Source of the DNA: Clostridia bacterium
Lineage (GTDB): Bacteria > CBDUZB01 > JAGLHV01
DNA: 37,214 bases
Reading direction: 5' to 3'
Assembly: GCA_030637025.1 (NCBI GenBank)
Contig: DAOVVV010000026.1
Location: 1 to 37,214, forward strand
Translations under genes and position numbers: made by a program
Notes under the pieces: model-generated
Told to the model about the DNA's origin: nothing
What the model saw: only the letters and a program-made list of their open reading frames with translations
Database searches by the model: none
Part shown: one piece after another, positions 30,172-37,214 of the stretch
How the letters are laid out: each line of letters starts with the position of its first letter
Numbering within the stretch: the first letter of the stretch is position 1

Positions 30172-31436
30172 TGCGTTATTTATTCAGATTTATGATTATT
30201 TGTCTGATAGTGAATTTTTATTTATCGGTACCTATTCAGGCAACGGATGTTTATCTTAGAGGGTTAAAGCAGGCCGGTAGAAAAATAACTATTGCTATCC
30301 CTGATTTTGAAAATGAATCGTCTTTAAATGATAAGGAAAATTTTTCAAAAAAAATAGCGGTAATTTTAAAAAATGATTTAACTATGTCAGGATGGTTTGA
30401 AGTTATTGATAAAAAAGATAGTGATATTGATATAGGAACCTCATCAGATATAGAAGCTTTAATTAGAGGAAAGTATAAGATAAAGAAGGGAATGTTGGTG
30501 TTGGAATGTTCTCTTTTTTATGTTCCAACCCAAAAATGGATTATCGGTAGAAATTATGTAACCAGTAAAAAGAAATTACGTTCACAGATTCATAAGTTCA
30601 GTAATGAAGTTATTTTCAGGTTAATCGGGGAAAAAGGAATTGCCCATAGTAAGATTGCTTTTGTTTCTGATAGTTCCGGACATAAAGAAATTTATGTTAT
30701 TGATTGTGATAGTTATAATTTGCATAAATTAACCAGGGATAAATCTTTAAATGTTTTACCCCGTTGGTCTAATGATGGAAAACGCATTATGTATACCAGT
30801 TACAAACGTAAAAATCCGGATCTTTATTTAATAATGGCCAATGGACAATATAATGTTCCTATTTCTTCCTTTCAGGGGTTAAATTTAAGTGGTGATTGGT
30901 CACCTAAAGGGGATAAGCTTTTGATTACTTTAAGCAAAAGAGGGCCGCCTTCGGTTTATATTTTTGATTTAAAGAGAAAGAAAGTTCGCCGTTTAACTTA
31001 TTTCTGGGGAATTGATTGTTCCCCTTGTTGGTCACCTAGTATGAGGGAGATAGTTTTTAGTTCTACCCGTACAGGAAATCCTCAGATTTATGTGGTAGAT
31101 AATGAGGGCACTAATCTGCGTCGGTTAACTTACAAAGGATGGTATAATGTTACACCCAGCTGGTCACCAAAGGGAGATAAAATTGCTTATGTATCTTCTG
31201 ATAAAGAAGGATATAATATTTATACTATAGATGTTAATGGCTCTAATGTCCGGCAGTTGACTAAAGATGCCGGTGATAATGAAGATCCTTCTTGGTCCCC
31301 TGACGGTCAGTATATTATATTTAGTTCTACCCGTAGAGGAAAATCCGAACTTTATATGATGAGAGCGGATGGAACCGGTCAATTTAAATTTCTATCTTTG
31401 AAAGGAAATTGTTTTACTCCCTCCTGGTCGGATTGA
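30171..31436 (+). CDS. tolB: Tol-Pal beta-propeller protein TolB
   Basis: IAIPDF, DLTMSGWF, GEKGIAHSKIAFVS, PD40 repeats (PRWSNDG, WSPKGD, PSWSPDG), terminal PSWS. Confidence 0.94.
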   Translation: MRYLFRFMIICLIVNFYLSVPIQATDVYLRGLKQAGRKITIAIPDFENESSLNDKENFSKKIAVILKNDLTMSGWFEVIDKKDSDIDIGTSSDIEALIRGKYKIKKGMLVLECSLFYVPTQKWIIGRNYVTSKKKLRSQIHKFSNEVIFRLIGEKGIAHSKIAFVSDSSGHKEIYVIDCDSYNLHKLTRDKSLNVLPRWSNDGKRIMYTSYKRKNPDLYLIMANGQYNVPISSFQGLNLSGDWSPKGDKLLITLSKRGPPSVYIFDLKRKKVRRLTYFWGIDCSPCWSPSMREIVFSSTRTGNPQIYVVDNEGTNLRRLTYKGWYNVTPSWSPKGDKIAYVSSDKEGYNIYTIDVNGSNVRQLTKDAGDNEDPSWSPDGQYIIFSSTRRGKSELYMMRADGTGQFKFLSLKGNCFTPSWSD

Positions 31437-31716
31437 TCCTGAGCTACTGCAGGGAGTCGAAGGGGATTGAGTTTGATTTCCCACAGCTTGCTGCAAAAAA
31501 GTTATGTTGGATAAACTTTCGATACCCTGTAGCTTGCTGCGGGGTAGTTTTTTTTGGAGTCTGAAAGATATAGTCATAAGTAGTCAAACAATAGTCAAAA
31601 AATGGTCAAACATAGTTATTATATGACGCGAGCAAATTTTTTCCCTTTGAAAAAGGTGGTTAGGGGGATTTGTGACTAGTTGTGACACAGTGTTTATGAG
31701 TCAGAAATCAGAATTA
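31437..31716 (+). repeat. Composite array C / REP-like cluster downstream of tolB
   Basis: CCTGAGC..AGTCGAAGG; CCCACAGCTTGCTGC; ATACCCTGTAGCTTGCTGCGGGGTAGTT (31522-31549); T(A/G)GT(C/T)A x5 at 31571-31618; TTCCCTTTGAAAAAGGTGGTTAGGGGGATTT (31641-31671); 31673-31701 similar to 22210-22238. Confidence 0.8.
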
Positions 31717-31826
31717 AAAAGATAAAGAATAAATAAAGGTTTAAACAAGCAAAAAATTAATCTGAATTTGTTATCTTAAGGCTTCTATTTTGAATAGAGT
31801 ATTTAGGCGGGGATTGTAACATTATT

Positions 31827-32819
31827 ATGAACGAATTATATGAGCTACTATATGACCATGAAGTAAGCAAAAATAATTTGAAAGAATTATTAGGGTTATT
31901 TAACGAAGATAAATTTGTATCTTTTATAGGGGCAGGACTTTCCGCTCCTTTAGGAATAGGTCTTTGGAAAAAAATATTGCAGGAATTAATAAATATGGCA
32001 AAGAACAAATTTTCGGAAAGTGTAGAATTTAGAGAAGAGCCGAAAGAATGGCCGCAATTAGCAAGTGAGGTTTACAATATTTTTGAAAAAAATGATTGTG
32101 TTGTGTTGTTTTATGATAAATTAGTTGAGAGATTAAAACCGACGACTTGTTCATGGACTGCTATTCATTACAAACTTGTTAATACCTTCGGCATTTATTT
32201 AACAACTAATTTTGATGCAACAATAGAAAAGGCATTTATAGACATAAAAGAAAAGAAACCCAATATACAGTGCTTACCAGATTTTAGTTTATTAAATCTT
32301 AAAAATGAAAGTCTTGTTTATTTGCATGGTAATAAAACGAAACGAATATTTATTTTTAAAAAAGAAGAATATGACCTGTTTTATCCTTCGGTGAGTGAAA
32401 TACAAAATGGTTCACAAGTTCTGGAAAATTTCTTAAAAGAATTCTATAAAGAAAAATGTATAGTATTTTTTGGTTTCAGCTTTGAAGATTATTATTTAAA
32501 AGAGTATTTTAAAAGCTTACCTCGTATTATTGAAAAAGAAGAATTAAGTAAAGAACGATTATATAGAAGTAGTGATACTGAATACAAACGGAAGCAATTT
32601 AATCATTTTCTTATACTATCTGAAGATACATGTAAAAGGTATAGAGATAGAAAAATAGAAGGTTTTTGTGAAGAGTTTGAATCAATTAATATAAAACCAA
32701 TTGTTTATCGGAATGATCAGCATATTTTTATTGACAAGCTGTTAGACCAGCTCTCAATAAAAAAAGACAACAAAAAGCCAGTAAGTTTAGACCAAAAAGA
32801 GGTTAGTGGAGAGATATAA
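31827..32819 (+). CDS. Stand-alone SIR2-like (SIR2_2) NADase-type protein, putative defence effector
   Basis: FIGAGLSAPLG..W, YLTTNFD, VYLHG, VFFGFSFED; lacks the zinc-ribbon CxxC pairs of CobB deacylases. Confidence 0.88.
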   Translation: MNELYELLYDHEVSKNNLKELLGLFNEDKFVSFIGAGLSAPLGIGLWKKILQELINMAKNKFSESVEFREEPKEWPQLASEVYNIFEKNDCVVLFYDKLVERLKPTTCSWTAIHYKLVNTFGIYLTTNFDATIEKAFIDIKEKKPNIQCLPDFSLLNLKNESLVYLHGNKTKRIFIFKKEEYDLFYPSVSEIQNGSQVLENFLKEFYKEKCIVFFGFSFEDYYLKEYFKSLPRIIEKEELSKERLYRSSDTEYKRKQFNHFLILSEDTCKRYRDRKIEGFCEEFESINIKPIVYRNDQHIFIDKLLDQLSIKKDNKKPVSLDQKEVSGEI

Positions 32820-32824
32820 AAATT

Positions 32825-35677
32825 ATGAATATAACTAATGGATTTTATAACACGGCAGAAAAAATCGATAAAATTTTGGAGAAAGATTCTCCTAACTTTG
32901 ATTTTAATAATTTATTCTTTTTTATTTCTAACAAAGCATATGAAAATTACTTCTTTAAAAAAGTAGATTCTCTTAAGTGGTTTTGTCCTCTTAAGAAGAA
33001 AGGTTATTTTGATTCTAAAAATAATCCATCATCACAACCAGCAAAAGAGGAGGGTTATTTTACTATTCCTCATTGGAATGTGTTAGATTATTTAGAAAAA
33101 GTATCATTAAAAACATCGCAAGAAGAAAATAAAAAATATGCAGATGAATTAATGCAAATAATTAGAGATTTTACCAGCCCAAAAGATGGTGAAAAAGTAG
33201 ATAATTATCGAACATGGTGGGTATTTACTAAGATATTGGGTAATCTCCCAAATGACAAAATAAGATTAGAGGATATAGAACTTATTCAAGAATGGTATGA
33301 TAGTAAATTTGGTAATGAACTTATTGATGAGGAGATTGGTAGTAACTTATTGCCTAAATTTTTAAATAGTCAAAATCCCAATGATTGGGAAAAAGCAACA
33401 AAAATTATTGATATTATAACTACTTTAAAAGAAACAGAAACGCAATATGGTGAAAAAGAATTAAAGACAATGGTTAAGGATTACTGGCTTCTGGAATTAT
33501 TTAAGAAGAACAGTGATTTATTAGGTAAAAGGTGTGTACCTGAAGTTGTTGAAATTCTGAAAGAAAGAATCAAACAAGTTTTAAATACAGGAGAAAGTAA
33601 TGGAAAATATTCTTATATGTGGCTTCCTGTAGTTAGTGAATATCGCCAAAATGTTTCATTAGACGAACCTAAGAAATTTCTCGTAGTTGGTTTAGGAAAT
33701 ATTTTATTGTCTGCTGCTGAAGATGAGAAAAAAACAAAATTAATTTTGGAAGCGTTTTTAAAAGAAGAGAAGGAAGTTTTTAAACGAGTAGCTCTTTTTG
33801 TTATTAGTAAAAATTATATGCGATACAAAAAAGTTTTTTGGAATTTTATTAAGAGAGAACACTTTGATAGCCTTAATTTAAGACAGGAATTATCTGTTTT
33901 ATTAAAAGACAATTTTGAAAACTTTAGAGAAGAGGAGAAAAAAAAGATATTGAATTTTATCAAACAAGGTCCACAACAGTTGCAAAAAAAGGATGAAGGA
34001 ACATATAGAGCAAATTGGATGCAAGGATGGCTTAAAGCCATTATTAACAAGGGGTATTCAGACGCAGACTATTTATATAATAAATGTAAAGAAATAACAG
34101 GTAGAGAACTAGAGCATCCGGAATTTGGATTTTATATTAAACCTGTTACTTGGCCAGGAGAGGTTAGTCCTATTACTAGGGAGAAGTTGTTGCAAAAATC
34201 CAATGAGGAAATAGCAGATTATTTAAATAATTTCAAAGAAGATGGAAGAGGGTTTAAGCAGCCAACAATGTCTGGTTTAAGCGAAATATTGAGAGGTGCT
34301 GTTAAAGAAAAGCCTGATAAATTTACAGAAGATTTAAACCCATTTTTAAATACAAGACTTGTCTATCAATATAATATCATTCGTGGTTTTGAGGAGACAT
34401 GGAAAGAGAAGAAACAAATAAATTGGAATATGATTCTCCAGTATTGTTGGGATTTAATCAATAAAAATGGTTTCTGGCAGAACGAAGAAACATATAAGAA
34501 TACTTCTCTTAAATATAGAAATTGGACAATTTCTTTTATTGCTGACCTTATTGCCGTAGGTACAAAAAGTGATGATTGGGCATTTTCAAAGGACTATTTT
34601 CCTATAACTGGAAAAATACTTGTAAAAATACTTAAATACCAAGAATCAGAAATGAAAGATACAAAAGATGCCCTTACTAAGTCTATCAATACCGCGATAG
34701 GAAAAACTATAGAGGCATTAATTTTCTATTGTCTGAGATATGCAAGAGAATTCCATAACAAACCGGAAGATAAAGATAAACCAAAGTGGAGTAACGAGAA
34801 GGTTAAAGATGTTTTCAGGCGTGCTCTTGATAAGGAAGATGATAGTTTAGAGTTTTCAGTTTTAATGAGCAGATATTTGCCTAATCTATTATGGTTGGAT
34901 AGAGACTGGGTTACTCAGGATATAAACAAACTGTTTCCTAAAAGGGATACTAAACATTGGAATGTGGCAATGCAAGGTTATTTGTTTAACCAGAGGGTCT
35001 ATAATGATGTTTATAAGTTACTCAAAGAAAACAACCATTATTTAAAAGGCTTGGAAGAAGAATTTGAAGATGAAAGAGTCCGAGAATATTTAATTCAGCA
35101 TATTTGCGTAGGTTACTTAAGGGGTATTGAAAATTTATGTGGCAGTGATAGTTTGTTTTCGAGATTATTGACGGAGTGGGAAGAGAAAGATATTCGAGAA
35201 ATAATTTCTTTCTTTTGGGGACATCGTGATATGCAATTAGAAGATGAAATAAGAGAACGTATATTAAAATTTTGGCAATTCTGTTGTAATAAATTGAAAG
35301 AAAAGGAATTAACAGAAGAAGATAACAGTATTCTTTCAGATATAAATCTTTTAGCAGTTTTTTTAAAAAATTTAAAAAACGGTAAAAAAGACTGGTTATT
35401 ACAATCTATTCCTTATGTTAATAAAAATCACCATAGTGATTTTTTATTGGAATATTTAGACTTATTGACCGAGGAAAATTCTTATGAGGTGTGCGAGATC
35501 TATTTAAGGATGTTGGATTATACTGTTCCATCATATGATAAAGAGAATATTAAATCCATAATCATAAAACTTTATGCTCAAGGGCAAAAAGAATGTAGTA
35601 ATAAAATATGCAATATTTATGGAAGTCTAGGATATGAATTTTTAAGGCCAATATATGAAGAGCATAATAAAAAATAG
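32825..35677 (+). CDS. 950-aa hypothetical protein, probably alpha-helical solenoid; putative partner/sensor of SIR2
   Basis: Long ORF 5 nt after the SIR2 stop, in a different frame, with GGAG upstream. Amphipathic Trp/Leu-rich helices; no signal peptide, TM segment or Walker A seen. Confidence 0.8.
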   Translation: MNITNGFYNTAEKIDKILEKDSPNFDFNNLFFFISNKAYENYFFKKVDSLKWFCPLKKKGYFDSKNNPSSQPAKEEGYFTIPHWNVLDYLEKVSLKTSQEENKKYADELMQIIRDFTSPKDGEKVDNYRTWWVFTKILGNLPNDKIRLEDIELIQEWYDSKFGNELIDEEIGSNLLPKFLNSQNPNDWEKATKIIDIITTLKETETQYGEKELKTMVKDYWLLELFKKNSDLLGKRCVPEVVEILKERIKQVLNTGESNGKYSYMWLPVVSEYRQNVSLDEPKKFLVVGLGNILLSAAEDEKKTKLILEAFLKEEKEVFKRVALFVISKNYMRYKKVFWNFIKREHFDSLNLRQELSVLLKDNFENFREEEKKKILNFIKQGPQQLQKKDEGTYRANWMQGWLKAIINKGYSDADYLYNKCKEITGRELEHPEFGFYIKPVTWPGEVSPITREKLLQKSNEEIADYLNNFKEDGRGFKQPTMSGLSEILRGAVKEKPDKFTEDLNPFLNTRLVYQYNIIRGFEETWKEKKQINWNMILQYCWDLINKNGFWQNEETYKNTSLKYRNWTISFIADLIAVGTKSDDWAFSKDYFPITGKILVKILKYQESEMKDTKDALTKSINTAIGKTIEALIFYCLRYAREFHNKPEDKDKPKWSNEKVKDVFRRALDKEDDSLEFSVLMSRYLPNLLWLDRDWVTQDINKLFPKRDTKHWNVAMQGYLFNQRVYNDVYKLLKENNHYLKGLEEEFEDERVREYLIQHICVGYLRGIENLCGSDSLFSRLLTEWEEKDIREIISFFWGHRDMQLEDEIRERILKFWQFCCNKLKEKELTEEDNSILSDINLLAVFLKNLKNGKKDWLLQSIPYVNKNHHSDFLLEYLDLLTEENSYEVCEIYLRMLDYTVPSYDKENIKSIIIKLYAQGQKECSNKICNIYGSLGYEFLRPIYEEHNKK

Positions 35678-35717
35678 TTTGTTCAACGGGATAGAATCAA
35701 GGAGAAGAATTTACAAA

Positions 35718-35861
35718 GTGACCAAACGTGAATTATTTAAGCTTATAAAATATGGTGAAAATCAAACAGTTTCTTTCAAAGCGTTAAAAACCAAGCCTTC
35801 TATTTTAGCCAAGCCGATTTTTGCTTTTCCAATTGCAGACGGCGGGAATAGAATTTTTTAA
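35718..35861 (+). pseudogene. Truncated, degenerate AlbA_2/Schlafen-like domain fragment
   Basis: VTKRELFKLIKYGENQTVSFK..PSILAKPIFAFPIADGGNRIF* parallels the family pattern LIxxGExxxVEFK...LAKxIxAFANxxGGxI(x)IG, but has SFK and FPI and stops early; AAGGAG upstream. Confidence 0.65.
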
Positions 35862-35942
35862 CTTATCCTGTTTTGTAATTAGCACAGTTTTAACAAATAA
35901 ATCATATAATGATTACAGCACAGATAAGAAAAAAGGATTTTT

Positions 35943-35971
35943 TTGACATTTGTTAAATTTTTTGCTATATT
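35943..35971 (+). promoter_or_regulatory. Sigma70-type promoter for PASTA-rpe
   Basis: TTGACA-17 nt-TATATT with an extended -10 TG. Confidence 0.6.
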
Positions 35972-35977
35972 TAAGCC

Positions 35978-36005
35978 AAACCCCGCAGCAAGCTGCGGGG
36001 TAGTT
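35978..36005. repeat. GC-rich palindrome, second copy of 31522-31549
   Basis: AAACCCCGCAGCAAGCTGCGGGGTAGTT; 23/28 identical to the copy upstream of SIR2. Confidence 0.85.
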
Positions 36006-36029
36006 GATTAATAAACTATAGGGGTTAAA

Positions 36030-37046
36030 ATGAATATTATTGATAAGTTATTTGTAGGCGATAAAAAAATAAAAGCAAAAAAGATAATGAAAATTGTTGG
36101 AGAAATCGTTTTTCTTTTACTTCTTTTGTTTTTATTGGGTTTGTTTGGGCTTAACCAAATAATGACTGTACTTGTACATAGCAGAAAATCAGTTATGGTT
36201 CCGAATTTAACGGGAAAGACTATAGAAGAAGCGGTGGATATTTTAAGTGAGGAAAATTTGTATCTAAAAAAAGACGCAGAACAATATAATAGTTCTATTC
36301 CTCCCGGTTATATACTTTTCCAATCTCCTTCCGCCGGTGATGTAGTAAAAGAAAAAAGGGTCGTAAAGGTAATTATTAGTCAGGGGGGAGAAGTAATTTT
36401 TGTCCCGGATACAATAAATCAAGGTTTGCGTAGTGCAGAAATTATTTTAAGACAGGTGGGTTTATCACTGGGAGAACAAACAAGAGAGTATTCTGTTAAA
36501 GTTCCCAGGGATTTAGTTGTTTCGCAGGATCCTCTTCCCCATACTACCGTAGGAAAGGGAACGTTGGTTAATCTTGTGATTAGTGATGGGCCTCCCGGGG
36601 AAGGAACCTTGTTAATGCCGGATTTAATTGGTAAAAAAATTAAAAAGGCTATGGAAATAATCAAACAGTGGAATTTGATTATTGAAAGAATTGATAGGGA
36701 AGAAAATGATGAATACGATGCGGATACTGTAATTGCTCAAAATCCGCAGGCGGATACCCTGATAGAAGAAGGAGACAATCAAAAAGTATTTTTAATTATA
36801 AGCATTAAGAAGGGAACAGAAATTTCTTCTGTTAAGAAAGAAACAAAATTTATTTATTACGAAGTTTCTCAAGGGATGTTTGATAAAGATTTGCGAATGG
36901 TACTTATAGATGGTTCAGGAGAAAGAACAGTATATGATAAGGTTCATCCTCCCGGAACAAAAATAAATATTCCTGTTGAAGTAATAGGAAAAGCAAAAGT
37001 TAAAATATATGTTAATGATATTTTAATGGTAGAAAAGGACTTATAA
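36030..37046 (+). CDS. Membrane-anchored protein with three PASTA domains (no kinase domain)
   Basis: N-terminal TM; VPNLTGKTIEEA..QSPSAG, VPDTIN..SQDPLP, MPDLIGK..AQNPQA. Confidence 0.92.
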   Translation: MNIIDKLFVGDKKIKAKKIMKIVGEIVFLLLLLFLLGLFGLNQIMTVLVHSRKSVMVPNLTGKTIEEAVDILSEENLYLKKDAEQYNSSIPPGYILFQSPSAGDVVKEKRVVKVIISQGGEVIFVPDTINQGLRSAEIILRQVGLSLGEQTREYSVKVPRDLVVSQDPLPHTTVGKGTLVNLVISDGPPGEGTLLMPDLIGKKIKKAMEIIKQWNLIIERIDREENDEYDADTVIAQNPQADTLIEEGDNQKVFLIISIKKGTEISSVKKETKFIYYEVSQGMFDKDLRMVLIDGSGERTVYDKVHPPGTKINIPVEVIGKAKVKIYVNDILMVEKDL

Positions 37047-37050
37047 AGCT

Positions 37051-37214
37051 ATGGTGAAAATTGCTCCCTCCATTTTGACTTGTGATTTTAGTGATTTAAC
37101 CGGAGAAGTAAAAAAGATGGAAAAGGAAAAAGTGGATATGTTGCATTTGGATATTATGGACGGCCATTTTGTTCCCAATCTTTCTTTTGGCCCGATGGTG
37201 GTAAAATCTTTACG
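37051..37214 (+). CDS. rpe: Ribulose-phosphate 3-epimerase (3'-truncated by the window)
   Basis: Manual translation MVKIAPSILTCDFSDLTGEVKKMEKEKVDMLHLDIMDGHFVPNLSFGPMVVKSL; not in the ORF track. Confidence 0.96.
   Translation, partial: MVKIAPSILTCDFSDLTGEVKKMEKEKVDMLHLDIMDGHFVPNLSFGPMVVKSL

Noticed and set aside
31827-35677. One DSR-like gene broken by a nonsense mutation; or Thoeris, SIR2-HerA or Avs
   Set aside because: The ORFs are in different frames, SIR2 ends in a polar tail and ORF2 has its own RBS-like GGAG; no TIR, Macro/SLOG, HerA or STAND motifs were seen. A frameshift artefact cannot be fully excluded without reads.

Overview
AT-rich chromosomal window of a diderm bacterium. Elusimicrobiota or a related lineage is my inference from the Tol-Pal genes, secreted proteins with FlgD/T9SS-like C-termini and the gene order; it is not verified. 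The housekeeping backbone is udg-priA-fmt ... htpX-gap-pgk-apgM-secG-tRNA-Leu-TPR-CsgG-like-ppdK-pal-cpoB-tolA-tolB ... PASTA-rpe. Accessory material interrupts it: (i) a 150-bp tandem-repeat beta-propeller surface protein with hypervariable loops and an in-frame TAA; (ii) a secreted FN3/CTD protein; (iii) a ~9 kb block between fmt and htpX (Pif1-WYL helicase, MarC, 4Fe-4S protein, CreD, mini-pilin, TPR); (iv) a candidate two-gene anti-phage module (stand-alone SIR2 plus a 950-aa helical protein, then a decayed AlbA/Schlafen remnant) bracketed by two copies of one palindrome. The most unusual non-coding signal is three intergenic 'composite arrays' (after priA, pgk and tolB). They are built from different short-period repeat modules and hairpins; blocks are shared between loci (up to 39 bp identical) in conserved order, with other modules swapped. 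There is also a 160-bp hairpin element in two copies with compensatory base changes. All calls come from motif recognition by eye; no searches were run.
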